This document shows positions 12,701-25,900 of a stretch of DNA of 64,000 nt, one piece after another (the first letter of the stretch is position 1; each line of letters begins with the position of its first letter). The DNA is from Tubiluchus corallicola. Taxonomy: Eukaryota; Animalia; Priapulida. The position numbers were made by a program, and so were the translations under genes. The stretch is from contig JAQGDQ010000108.1 of assembly GCA_030141605.1 (NCBI GenBank), positions 496,001 to 560,000 of the forward strand, given 5' to 3'. The notes below the pieces were generated by a model that was not told where the DNA came from, searched no databases, and saw only the letters and a list, made by a program, of their open reading frames with translations.

Positions 12701-14463
12701 TTTAGGTGTAAAGCTATCTTGGAAAAACTGGTAAACCACTTCAAGAACTGTCTATGGTATCTTTAAAAAAACATTGTGAATGAGAACACTTGTAAAACTA
12801 TGCCAAAAGGTATGCTAAGCGAAAACTGAAACAAATTGTGGTAGATTCGTCTATAAACCTTGTTTAGGCACTTCAGCGCAGGTACAGGGTACGTTGAAAA
12901 AAATTGGCTAAATTGTGACCACGAATAACTATGTCATGTACATGGATTAATAAATCGTGGCTATGAATAAGCAGGTTACTTGTGCAAGCAATTCCACCTC
13001 AGGTGTTCAGTTTTGTGAAAAGTTGAGATAAAAATACGTCAATGATTTACAAAATGAAAGTAGTCACAGTGCTTCTTAGTTGGCAATGTAACCTTTGTAT
13101 ATGTTTGTCGGACTTATTGCCTGAGGTCTCATCCTTATTTCTATATCTAATCTTAGGGCCTGGGGCCTCAGCCGTGTATGTGTTTCATGGAAATCATAAG
13201 ACATCACAAAAACAGTATATACAAGCAATGACATAAGTCTGTAAGCTCTGGCTTCTTTCATGAATCATATGCTGTTCTGTTCTATTCTAATCAACTATGA
13301 AAGGTGCTCTGCATCGATGGACAAAAACCGAACGAATTCTATTTATTAATTTTAATTTTTGCTTCTCATAACAGCATATTTTTTGTTTTTAGCCTAAATT
13401 ATATTTTAGTTTTATATCAGTTTCAGTTCAACTATCTAACTCATAACTTTCCTTCTCTACTGCAATCGTGAGTAAAAAGTGGCTGACAAGAATGGTCTCC
13501 AAATTACCGTATTCTATACGTGATTTTTGCTATTAAATCCATTCTTGTTATTTACTCTGGACAGTTAATGTTTGTTGAAAGGCTGTTTCAGTAGCTATAT
13601 TATGTAATTTCCTGCGCACGATCTAATATACCGTGCGCACGAATTAGTAATTTTTGTAACGTTGCCCTTCGAGGCTCCTGTTTGTTGTTACGCCCTATAG
13701 CAATTGTAAATTAAAGTTTTTGCACTCGTCTTTCTACATCTTCCTTCTGAGGCTCTGTACTTAGCATGCCAGGTCTTGCTCCTTTTACTTAAAAGTGGCA
13801 CTAAGCTATTGTCACAAGATTGCCACTCTCTATAAAGGTAACATATTGAACTCAACGGTCGATATTTGTCTTACAATGTTTGCTTTCTGAATTTTAGGAC
13901 AACTGAATTCAGAAGCGCTAGCATCACAATGTTGTAAATATGGTAAGAAGGAAGGATACCAATTAACTGGAGCTCCCATTACAAGGTGCTGGAAGATCAG
14001 TAATAATTTCTACTACAATATGCTCAACGAAGCCGTCTCTATCAGCTGTAGACGCAGATACAGAAGATGTTGCATTAGAGCCTACATGAGGTACTACTTC
14101 ATTAATTTATAGATGGGAACGTCACATTACTTTCAGTTCGTATTATGTGTTTTTGGAGACTGCGGATGTATCCTCTATTAATTTAAACTCATTGTATATC
14201 TATTGAAACTTGAAAGGCAAGCGATATCTTTTGGCAAATGATCGACTGAAAATTCACTTTTGAGTCAAACTTTAAAAAATATTATATGGTTAAGCATATA
14301 TAGCATATATTGCATGTATTTCAGCGGTAACGCAATTTAACATTTTACATTTGTTTTTAATGAATTTGAAGTTTGGTGTGCATCAAATATTGAAAAAAGA
14401 TTTATAAATTTATCATTTTGCAGGGGAAACCGAAACGCCAAACCGCCTGACATGGTAGCATGA
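9761..14463 (+). CDS. Secreted 211-aa protein: signal peptide + acidic spacer + single anaphylatoxin-like (ANATO-type) six-Cys module
   Basis: Exons 9761-9839 (MVLIMFNKSVLLVWFACVVGHGIFTC), 12226-12549 (D/E-rich), 13898-14090 (QCCKYGKKEGYQLTGAPITRCWKISNNFYYNMLNEAVSISCRRRYRRCCIRAYM), 14424-14463 (GNRNAKPPDMVA*). GT-AG introns in phases 1,1,2 give an open 636-nt CDS. Confidence 0.8.
11305..11970. mobile_element. Foldback/MITE-like element built of short CTGGCGAAA repeats
   Basis: Left arm carries TTTCGCCAG-type motifs (~11305-11500); right arm carries the reverse complement CTGGCGAAA (~11665-11965). The same family occurs at 55205-55510. Confidence 0.7.
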
Positions 14464-15995
14464 TAAGAGACGGGTCATCAATTCTCTCTTGTTTCAACAA
14501 CGAAGAAAATGCATAAAAATCAACAATGCAATGTGAGGCAAAATTCATTTTTGCTTAGCAAATTTTTGCTCGAATGTAATTTTTGTTTTGCGATGTGTGA
14601 TAAGCAAAGAGTGAAGAAGACAACGACTCTTGTGAGTTATACGTAGCACAATTAGAGATTTTCAATAATAGTGTGTTTGAGCTTTTATAGCTTACTGCTG
14701 CCTTGCTATCACAACACAAAGTCGATTACAAGCAAGATTAACTTTTTGTTTGCTGTAGTGACTGCTGCTGTTTTCTTCCTTATATATATATTGCTAATTA
14801 AAAATCCATAAAATGATTTCTTTCTTAATTGTTAAAATTCTTCTTTTACTGATTTTTGATTGTTGTTGTGTAACTATAATAATACAGGCTGTTTCATAAG
14901 TCCCTCACTGCTCTGATTTGATTTTCAGTTTTCTTCTGGTACCACGCTGACTCTAGGGCAAACTTTAAGGTGTAAAACTGCTGCATTAAAATCACAGCCG
15001 AGTTTGGTGTAGGTAAAATTTTCGTGAATCGGCGACTCAGCCACCAAATCGCCATTTGGTTAATGTTGTCATTGCTATCAATTTTTAATAAATTTTTAAA
15101 ATAATGAGTGACTTAAACACCCGATATTATTGTTATTGTAACACTAAGATATTTGTTTTGTATACCTGTGCGAGTGCTTATACATATATATATCGTTGAT
15201 GTTTACCTTGTTTTGTTGCATGGTACCACGTTTATATTTACTAAGAACTAAATCGGGAAACTTGAAGTTTTGACAAAACATTTTAACCCATTCAAAGTCA
15301 AAAAATTTTCTTAGGTGTACTTGCTGCCAATTAAAAATATATATCCTGCTTCTCAGCGCATGAACTTGAATTAACAAGTTCTACAAGATCAAGACAGCGA
15401 TGTCAATTTGTAAAACGCGCCATCTATTATGGAAAATCGGAAACTTGGCGGAGAAGTGAATTCTCGAGCTTATTATGTTGTTAGCAAGTATAGACGTGGC
15501 AATACAATTGTTTTCTATTTTATGTAGATGTGAAAGTACTCGCTCAAGTATGCAAACTAAAAAATTAGAAACCTTCCAGAATATCAATGCAATGAGATTA
15601 TTTTTTGTATCAAATATTTTAAATAATAATCGGTTTGTTGTTTAGCTTTTCTGAATAAAAAAGTTTATGATAATTATTATTATTATACCTACTGTTGATT
15701 TTTACGTGTGTTCATTTGATGGGCTCTTCCACAACGGTTCCCAACAACCTCTTAAAACAACTGCATCATGTACTAGGCAGACCCATATCCTACTCCTCTC
15801 CTTCAAAGAAAGCGGACATAGAGTGAACATGCAGAACTGCTCAAATTTTCGTGACGCATGTACGAGTCGGGGTATGGTTTTATTGAAAAGCCGGTAAAAG
15901 CTTAATACACGTACATCAGGAAATTTAGAAAAGATACCCAAAAATGGGCTATAAATTGTTACAGTCTACGCCAATCCTCTCCTCTTCTCCCGTGG

Positions 15996-16131
<136 letters not shown>

Positions 16132-17287
16132 TCTGTCATTCACGGTTGCACAGTGGTAAACTTTAGACGGCTAATTTCTTATTTTGTTTCTATGTCTCTT
16201 TTAACTACCCTTTGCCATGAAATAACCAATTGGTCATAGTAAGGGCTTGTCTACACCACTTTAGTAATAAATGGCCTGCTTAGTAAATAGATGGGTGCCT
16301 CTTCCGCTGGGGAAATTGGTATTAGACTGTTTAGCTGCCATTCTTGCAGGGCTACAACCATTCAACATTAATTGCATCTCCAGTCGCTGAGTGTTTGCTC
16401 ACTAAATAGTTGGCTGTCAAAGCTATAAGCGGCCCACGCGTGTACCTGGTGGTTACAAGTAGCTCGAACAGGTGGAAATGCTGCAATCCGTAGTAATGCA
16501 TACGTGCAATAATTATTATGATGTTGTGAAATTGTGATGTTGCTCACAGCAGGAGCAAGTGAGTATTGAGTAAATTAAGAGAAACTCCTCTAATGAATAA
16601 TTTGAGCAGGTTTATATGCAATCTTACAATACTACAACAATGTAAATGAATTAATGTATATAAAAATAGAGAAAAGTGGTGACCAAACTTAGTGTTTTAG
16701 AAAATGAGTATGGTAATTACTAAATTCCATCATAAGTCATACGTTACGCTCCATTATTACCACTGGTATTTATTACTATGCGACTGGTGGCCGGCTTTAC
16801 ACAAACAAGTAATATAGCACAGACGCAGAGAATAAACTAAAAATTTAGGTGATTATACATAACTGTAGAATTTCACGGAATAGTAAGGAAATAGCTTTCG
16901 TACTGCGTGTAGGCTCTGACGACTGAAGGCTCCGACAAATGGCCATTCAGTTTTGAGAAGCCTGACTTTTGAGAAATTACATTGTTACACATTACTCGTT
17001 ATATTTGTAATGTGACATCTGAGAGTGCTCGTTTGTTTCACTGATGCACTCCCGATAAATCTTAATTGATCGTCAGCTTGTTTATGAAGTAACCCCTAAC
17101 TTTTTGGAAATTGAATAAAATTCGAAAGAAAATTGGCATTAGTGAATTCAATTACGCACATATTTTCGAATTTGGCGTCTAGGTGGCAGGAAGTTACCTT
17201 GAAAATGACGTAATTGAACAGCATGTCACACAGGGCGCCAGGATAAGCAAGACTAATAATGAAAACTTGTAGAATACTTGAATGAAG

Positions 17288-17378
17288 ACACGCGCACGCG
17301 CACACACACGCACACGCACACGCACACACACGCGCGCGCACACGCACACACACACACACACGCACACACACGCGCGCG

Positions 17379-17412
<34 letters not shown>

Positions 17413-17440
17413 AAGGGACAGACAGACGAGAAAGAGAGAG
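17288..17440. repeat. Compound (CA/CG)n-(GA)n microsatellite
   Basis: Mixed CA/CG alternating tract followed by a GA run. Confidence 0.97.
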
Positions 17441-20400
17441 CCGTTAATTTTTGAAAATAAAACAAAATAATACCGTATCAAGTTTCCAGTTTATTCAGTC
17501 ACTATTTGTCATTTCACAACGAACAATAATAATTTAATAATCTTTAATGTTCTACTCTTGGCAGAAGCAATACTTTTTTAAAGACACTCGGAAAATTAGC
17601 TTTAAAACGAAAGTTGACTATAAAGCGATATGCCTGACAGTTTAGGCTAAGATAGCAGCAGATGCTATATTATTTACCCCTTTGTTTACCCTCTACCATT
17701 CAAATACTTCATGAAGTTTTTTAAAGAAATACGTAGAATCACGAAAATATGTAGAATCAAAACGCTGACACATGTGTATGGTATTATACACTCAGAGAGT
17801 TTTAGTACAACTACATTTAAGTTCTAGTTTTAGAATAGAATCTTTGGAGAAAGGTGAATCAAAATTATTAAACGATTCATGTTTGTTAGTGTGCATTGAA
17901 GCTGCGATGTTTCATTTTTGTGGGGTAACAAAAGCTTTAATAATTATTCATCTTTTGTGCGAAAGTGGACTAACCTACGAAACCGGTAAACTGGCTTGTT
18001 ACTTCTTGAGTGACTAAGTGACTTCTTCATTCTTGTTCTTTGCTAAAACAAGCATCATATGCACGCGAAAAACAAATCCGACCAAATGTTTACTGTTGAA
18101 AATCTTTTCAAGTGTATTTATTTCGATTTTGTTCATTATGGTGTTGTTAGTTTGTCAAATAAGCTAACTACAAACCTGAAGGATGTTTTCAAAATTTCCC
18201 AATTATTTATCAAACGATCCTCAAGAAAGGTTTATACGGCCAAGAATTGAGGAAATTTCTAACGAGTCGCGACTGTTAAAAAACTAAACTCATTTCAGTT
18301 TCGTTTAGATAACTTTCGAGAAATTCGGAGCTGGTCATTAAGTATTTCGGTACAATGTTCTAATGAACCCGAGTTACAACTTCTTAAAAAGTGAAATTGC
18401 CCAACCAATGTATATGTTTAACCAAGTCTCAATTTCAACCTTATAATTTTGCCTAATACTTCCTGTGGCTAACAGTAATTTTGTCACATTTTGTTGATTG
18501 CTTCGTTAATAAATCAGCAAGCAGAAAAACGTTCAGAAACATTGTTGCTTATAAATTACAGTGAAATTTCAAGCAAAAAACTTATGCTGCGTTTGTGCGT
18601 TACACGCTTAAATGTGAACTATTTCAATCAGGGCATTTAATAAAAGATGGGGTAAAAAAATGAAAAGTGGGGAAATTTGGTTCAAAAACTTGTTTTAAAA
18701 AATCTCGCAGGTAACTAATTATATCCGTATGAAACTCTATAATGGAGTAACCTAGTCAGGTTTGAACCAAGAACTTGTATATATAAGTGTACCAATTAAA
18801 ATCCTGCCTCAGTTGCAAATTTTTCACGTTCCAAGCTGTTGTTATTTGTCCTCTAAATTTAATATAATGATTCTCATTCTCGCCATCATTATTATTTTTA
18901 ACTTCTGATGCCTGAATGCCGGCTCGCGCCGTAGTACTGATGTAAGATATCCATGTGGCTAACAATAGCTTATATGAAACAGATTGGCCATGTTACCATT
19001 TGACCAGCATGAAGCATTCTTGTGTACCTTTTTGCGAATAATACAACTGATAAACTAAAAACCAGAAAGCAATTAACAAACGCCATAACGATAACTCAAT
19101 GCACACAGCTTTGTCCTGGGAATGAAGAACCGAGAAATTATCGTTTAACGTGTTTATCAGTTTAGGAAGCTCAATATAAGAACGGTCTGTTGTGAGCTGT
19201 GCAGTGAAAAACTAAGTTACTCAAAACGAGTCTGCAGCTAGTTACTCAACATATTACTTGAGCAAGTTACAATGTTAGATTCAGTAATTTCAATTGATTT
19301 CGCAAGGGTTATGCTGAAAAGTGGTTGTCCAGCAATACTCTAAATGAACATCTCCATATTCAAAATTGGAATTAGGCAAATATTTGAATGCCATGACCAT
19401 GCTAAGTGTTACAAACACTTACAAGTTAATGTTAATTACAAATTTAAATGCCCAATCGCTCTCGAGATTCTTATTTTGAGTAAGCAGGTCTATAGGACCT
19501 ACAGTGCACTCTACGTTCAACTTTGGTTTGAAAATAGGCCTTTAATTTTTCATTTTTTACAAAACGAGATCTTGCTCCAGACCAGTGACGTCACCGGTGA
19601 TTACGTCAGCAGGCGCCCATGAGTTCGTAAAGGGAGCAGCCGATTTGACAACATCGGTTTGCTAACTTTGACATGGGTATCCTCTTGTTGTTTTTGTGAC
19701 TTCTCCTTTCCCGTAGACTCTCTATATCTGTGAGGTCAGTAAATGGCCATAAATCTGAAATGCATTAAAGTAATAAAAAGTTAAAACTACCTAGACAAGC
19801 CAAAAACCAACTAAATGCCTACAAATGGACGTGACGTAAAAGGACAGTTAATGTCAAATGAAAACATATGATATTTTACAAGACAGCAGGAAAGCAAAAG
19901 TCGTCTTAATGTCAAACATTGAAAATGAACGTATCGATGGGTGAAATGATTCTGACGTTAATAATTTGTGTTGATGAAGCACGTGCTATGTAATTTAACC
20001 GTGGGTTGGTGAACCACAAAAAATGGTAAAAATTCAAGGCGCTTCACAAAAATTAGAACCTCAGTGTGAACATTATGAAAATCAGGCTTGCGTTAAAAGA
20101 TCGACTGAAACTACATTATTATCAGCTATAACTATTTAAAATAATAACGAAGCGCCAGTCAGTTCTCTGCAAACAATCGCCAACACAATTGTACTCATGC
20201 CCGGAACTGACGTTATTGAAACTTTCGGAAAAGCACTTTTCTGCCACAAAACATTTCCATTTTAAGAGTATTTTTTAAACACTGGTAATTCACAAAAACT
20301 ATTAAAAGTAACAACGTTTTAAGGCGTTTGAATACGTTTGTAGAAAGTGAAGTGCGAGATTTGATTGATTTAATTTGATTCAGTTCTTAGTTGCAAACTC

Positions 20401-21989
20401 TATGTTCGTACATACATATCAACATATAATTAGTAAAACAACGCATGAAACGTAAGTACAGTAACAAGTTATAGTTAAAACGTAAAGAAAACAAAAGGAC
20501 TTATACAGTAATGAAAGACTTTATACAAAAAAACTGAGAATTGAGCCATCATATTATAATAGCTTATGACAGCAAATTGGACTCGAAAATTAAAAAAAGA
20601 TTTCATACTGGAATATATAATGAAATTTCAATACACTGCAGTCACATGAGTGCTGAAGACGGCCACCATTAACTTTGTCTCTAGGGTTATATATAATAAT
20701 ATACGGCGCATTGAGTGAAACGATGTTCTAAAGGGTTACATGTGAGTAAAAAACTGAAAAAAAACTGTCAGAAAAAGGCAGCTTTTGGTGTGCAGTGTGC
20801 ACTATTCACAACAAATAATACATACATTTTAAAATACATAAGATACGTATTTTAAAATGTACATGAGATATGTATTTTAAAATATTTTTGTACTCTCACA
20901 CATTTAACATTCAATTCAAATTTACGTAACATTATAAAGATGAGCATATATAAAGATGCGAACGAGTATATCGACATCATGTATTCATTCTAGCTGAATT
21001 CTTCACAGAAACGACAAAGTGATACAGAAAACCATGACACAGTTAACAATTCTGCTTAGACAGTAAAGTCACCTATAGTAATATGCCTCTGTCTTTCAAA
21101 TATCCTTCTAATACCACTGTGGGCGATTTACATCTATTGATAATTAATGCGATAAAACCATTCTTGCACTAGGGTATCTAGTGATCTGTCGTTTCAATGC
21201 ATAAATTTTGTTTGAAACGCACAAAATACGCATGATATGCATGTAGGTAAATAATAGGAACCTGAGTACGAAAATAACTGAATGTAAATATAAACCTTAT
21301 TCAGGAGATTTTTATGTAAACACTGCAGAAGAAATAGTTTTATGACTTCAGTGATAACTAGACAAGCGTTACTGTACATGATTAAGGTTGGGTTTTTAAT
21401 GATATTATACGAGTACTTACAGCTTTTTGGTTTCAGGAGCAATAAAAAGCCAGTAGTAACAAGAAACTGAAACCTTATGCTGTAAAACACTTCAAAGAAA
21501 AAATAAATTATTTTGGAAGCGCAAGCTTATGCACCTGAGGGTTTCAGAGAATTATTATATTACAATTATTATAAAAGTGTCAAAGTTGGGTCCATTAAAA
21601 GTAAAAATTATATAGACGTGCCCGTCAAGCAGGGAAATCGTACTTTAATTTATGAAATGTAAATTTAAAGTCCACAGAGGACAGAAGGGTGTGAAGAAGG
21701 ACAGTCACAACTCTATTTAGGAAAACAGGATGATTTTTCATAACGTATCTCACTTTGAAGTACGTTAAAAAGTATGCATTTCAACACTTATAATAATGCG
21801 AAACGGTTCTGATAATTAAATAATAAGTTAAAACCTTAATTAACAGCGGGTTTCACGTGCTTGGGAAAGCGAAAATTGAAGTACACGCTACTGTACAACA
21901 TTCAATGTGATACACAAAACCTCGTCAAGTTTTAGGTTTAAAATTCAAGTTTACCACTGTGCTCATACATAAGCTCTCGAACATGTGCA

Positions 21990-22260
21990 CTACGTCACAA
22001 ACGAACATTTCATGTTTATTGTGTAACGCGAGTCCGAGATGTACGCGCTCGTGCCCGTCTAACTAGCGAATGGCGAAATGTATGTAACAGCTAATAATAA
22101 CTGAACTAGCCGTTTCTGTGGAAATAATTCTTTCACGTACCTCATTCTTGAAAAAATAGTATGTTCCCTTTCAATATTCTATTTGGTAGATTGTTTAGAA
22201 CTGTATTTTAATATTGAGTCGGGTTTTCTTTTAAAGTCCGGTGTTGCTAGATTTTTACAA
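21990..22260. repeat. Dispersed repeat, copy 1 (copy 2 at ~30050-30330)
   Basis: Shared blocks TACGTCA-AAAC, GAATGGCGAAATG-ATGTAAC and TAATTCTTTCAC...TCATTCTT-AAAA...TATGTTC in the same orientation. Confidence 0.7.
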
Positions 22261-22695
22261 AATTGATTTATGTGACCATTGACGAATCACTAGTAGACCT
22301 ATTTAAAAAGTTTTATGCAAGACAATAAACTCATTAGCAATAATTTCAAGATAGTGCCTGTAATGAAACATTTAAACGACAAAAGTACGCATATACCTGA
22401 TGGGATTCCAGGCATTTTATGCACCAAACTGGAGATCCATCAGATCCATCTACTAACACGAGTGCATAGTAAATAAAGCTAACTGTGGAAAAATGATTAA
22501 GAAATAATTATACTGGATACTGTTTGGCATTTTTAACCAATTGTTTTCTGAAAACCGATCCGCATATGAGACAGGATACATGCTGTGAGATGTGAATGAC
22601 AGGCACAAAATGATATAAAAAAGAGCTGATGTTGTTTACACTCGATCTCAGAGCATCTTTGACAGTATACTTTCGCTTTATCTCATTTTTGATAA

Positions 22696-22988
22696 TGTTA
22701 CGGAGGCACCTGTGTCGGGTCAGATGTAGGGCCCTCTACACGCCCTGCTTCAGCAGCGACTCACCCTTTTCTTGTAGGTCCAGACGTCTTGTTTGGGCCT
22801 ACACGTGGTGTGAAGAGCCAGCTGACCTGGAATGCCAGTATAAAAGCGTGTAGAGGTCACTACAGCCATGATTTCTGACACAGATGCTCCTCGGACGTAG
22901 TGTTGTTGCTGCGTCAGTTACTTATTTCTTTTTGTGCGTGTGTATTTTATTCCCTATTTTTATTAGTGCTGATAATAAACTCCGTACA
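22696..22988 (+). mobile_element. Solo LTR of an LTR retrotransposon
   Basis: Starts TGTTACGGAG and ends CTCCGTACA (TG...CA inverted termini); internal TATAAAA at 22839-22845 and AATAAA at 22974-22979; GC-richer than the flanks. No clean target-site duplication. Confidence 0.7.
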
Positions 22989-25900
22989 GGGTAATTTTTG
23001 TGTTTTATTTTATGAAAGACAAATGACATGCTATAACACGTATATGGTATTAGATACAGACATTAACTTAGTTAATTAGCATAACATTTGTAATTAAAAT
23101 TAACATTTATAGTTGAGTAATCAGTTACATGTTACATCTTCATGATGCGCAATATCAAGACCGCCATACCATCTTGGAGTTCGACCCCCTGAGTCGAATT
23201 CAGTCCAATATTATACAAAGATGCGCTGATACATGTGGAATACGTCTGCCATTGTGCCAGACAATGTCGTCATCGCTAGCTGCCCTCGAGGCCGCTAATT
23301 AAGTTTCTAAGATAATATTAAATTACCAGAAACATTTTCGTTGTTATTATTATAGGCAATAAATGGTATATTTTAGACCGTAAGTCAGACAAATCACCAT
23401 TGTCCTGCTTTTCTTTAAGTGTTCTTACGAGGTTTTCTTCAGGTGCCATAGTTTCTAACTCTGGTGACCTTGAAATTTAGTCGTTCTTCTAGGTACTGGA
23501 AATTAAGTTTGAACTGGCTTTTTATCATTCCAATGGATAGGCCTATATGGTTACATGTAAAAAATAATGGTTAATTGAAATTACAAGAAAAAGGTGTAAA
23601 ATTTAACAGTTTTGTCAAATGTTAGCGCTGCCCCATTGTCCCAGACATTTAAACGTTTTATTTTATTCCGTATTTATTGTCGAAAGTGCAATCTAAACAT
23701 AAATCATAATGTCAACATAAGCGTTTCAGTGCATGAAACCAGTTAACACATACGCGGGTTTCATACAGCAATAATGCAATTCTGTAGACAATATGTTCTG
23801 CTTTGCAGCGAGTCAAAGCTAAGTTAATGTAGTGAAATAGAAGCAATGCTGTTCATATTTAAACTGCAAAATTACGTAATAGTTTTTAAAAAAATACGTA
23901 AATAGTCCAAACACCAGCCACATTAGACTACCTATAGCTTGAAGCGCTTTTCAAAATTACAACTTTTCTATAGATTTCGTTTTTTCAATTGTTGACCTAG
24001 CATAAAATATTTTTTAATTTAGAATAAATTTAACACTAGATGAAAGATGCAAAAATACTTCTTGATATACGTGCCCATGCTGCATTATTAGCGAAATATT
24101 AGCAGCCGACATGAAAAGGAAACGTTTAGCCATGTACCTGAATTTCATACTGTTGGAAAGGTTTATTTAACTACTAAAATAATCGCAAACCACTCAGGAC
24201 AATAAGGATTCTTTTTGGAGACACAGGCCAACCTTTTTTCATCACCAATTACTGAACGTTTATCAACTAAATTAATCTCTGATCATCTTTGCTGAATAGT
24301 AGATTAGAATTTAGAATTTATTGCTACATTTACCATGAGCATACAATGATATTTTTACAGAAACATTAAATTAACACAAACTTTACAAAGAAAAAACATT
24401 AATATATAATTTTTATTGAGACTACTGGTATGCCTCTGGACAACACCAGTAAGAAAATCTTGTGTTGGTGCTGCTCAGATTAATGGTAAATTCAAAATTT
24501 AAGAAACAAAACAGAAGATTTTTGCCTGTACTGTCATTTCCCTGAGATAAAGAAAGTTAATAGTCATTGAATATCGACCGATTATTGAACATGAATCGAC
24601 CCTTCAAAAAATGCTGATATGTTTCTTCAACGGCATGGCGAAAAGAAAAAATGCGGTCTTCTTGAAGGTTTTCATCAACGATCGATCACTGATCGTGTGT
24701 TGATGAGCTGTTTTTGCCTGGTAATAGCTTTGACTTTTGTCGTCTACTGCTGCTACCGGTTTTATCAGAAACTGAGTGACTGCGATTTTTTCACTGGTAA
24801 AATTTGCAAACCTGGCAACTATTGGTGTTTTAGCCGGTTTTTTTACCAATTGTCGGTTATTGATTGTCAATCTATTATCAGTTCCCTCTCCACTGAAAAG
24901 TGAACTTTGGAAAGTTTTTGAAAGTTATTGACAAAAAGCGTTTAGAAATTGAACGTTGTCAAACAGTGTGACTTACGGGCAAAACACAAGAGAAGATTTT
25001 GTTGCACATAAACAATCCGTCCTTCACAATATCTCAGCTTCTTTGTAGACTGTATGTTATTTAATAATATTAAAAGACGCATTACATTTTGCACCAACCA
25101 TACTTTTTAATATTAAGAAATATATACATAATATAATATATTACATATTACATTGTATAACACAAACTACGGAAGGCATTGCATATCGAAGCTTAAGATC
25201 GTCTTTTTTTAAATTGTAATTGCAGCAAAAAGTGTTGCAGCTTCTGCGTTTTTAACAGGTGCTTTGTACTAATTATGTCAGCATTCTAATAAAATATCGA
25301 TCACACATTATCATAAAACAGCTTTGCCAATACATTTTGTAATTTGTTATCAGATAGCTGATTTTTCGTCAGCTGAAAAACACTTCTGGAAGACTGGAAT
25401 TGTTGAGTGGTCAAGGTGTGTGCTTGGCTACGATCTATTTTTGTGCAATCCATCTGCTAAACTGCTATTTCCTTCGTTGCGGGAATTTCGTTTTATAAAT
25501 GTTAGATTACGGTCGCGCCACAACCATTCAACATTAATAGTCAGCTCTGTGCGCTGGATTCCTGCATGAAATTTGTCAAACTACATAATAAATTGCTTTC
25601 ACTAAACCAAAACATTCAGTGCAGTTAAATGCTCTCTTGTAAATGCTCCTATTGTCATCATTAATTTCTTTCTGCCTGAACGCGCAGTTATTTGTGCATT
25701 CACAACTATGGATATATATTTAAATTCGTACGATTTTTCCCTTCTGTAAATTGTATTCTGTGTTTGTAAATGACACTTTAGCATTTGAAATATGGTTTTA
25801 TTTAAAGGCAATTATCAGTTAAGAGACTTCATTGCAAAGTTTAGGACGCTTACAGTACACACACAAACAATACTGAAGCCACACAGATGTGCTGAAACAG

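Noticed and set aside
13898-14090. The Cys-rich exon as another insulin A chain
   Set aside because: The spacing CC-x17-C-x19-C-x6-CC does not fit CCx3Cx8C; it fits an anaphylatoxin-like pattern better.
17174-17190. CTCF-like motif GGCGTCTAGGTGGCAG (similar ones near 9580 and 42075)
   Set aside because: Short matches judged by eye; such motifs are common in transposon remnants and cannot be supported without a PWM scan or ChIP data.
24604-24903. Overlapping 88-94 aa ORFs on both strands
   Set aside because: No recognisable motif or convincing splice sites; expected by chance.
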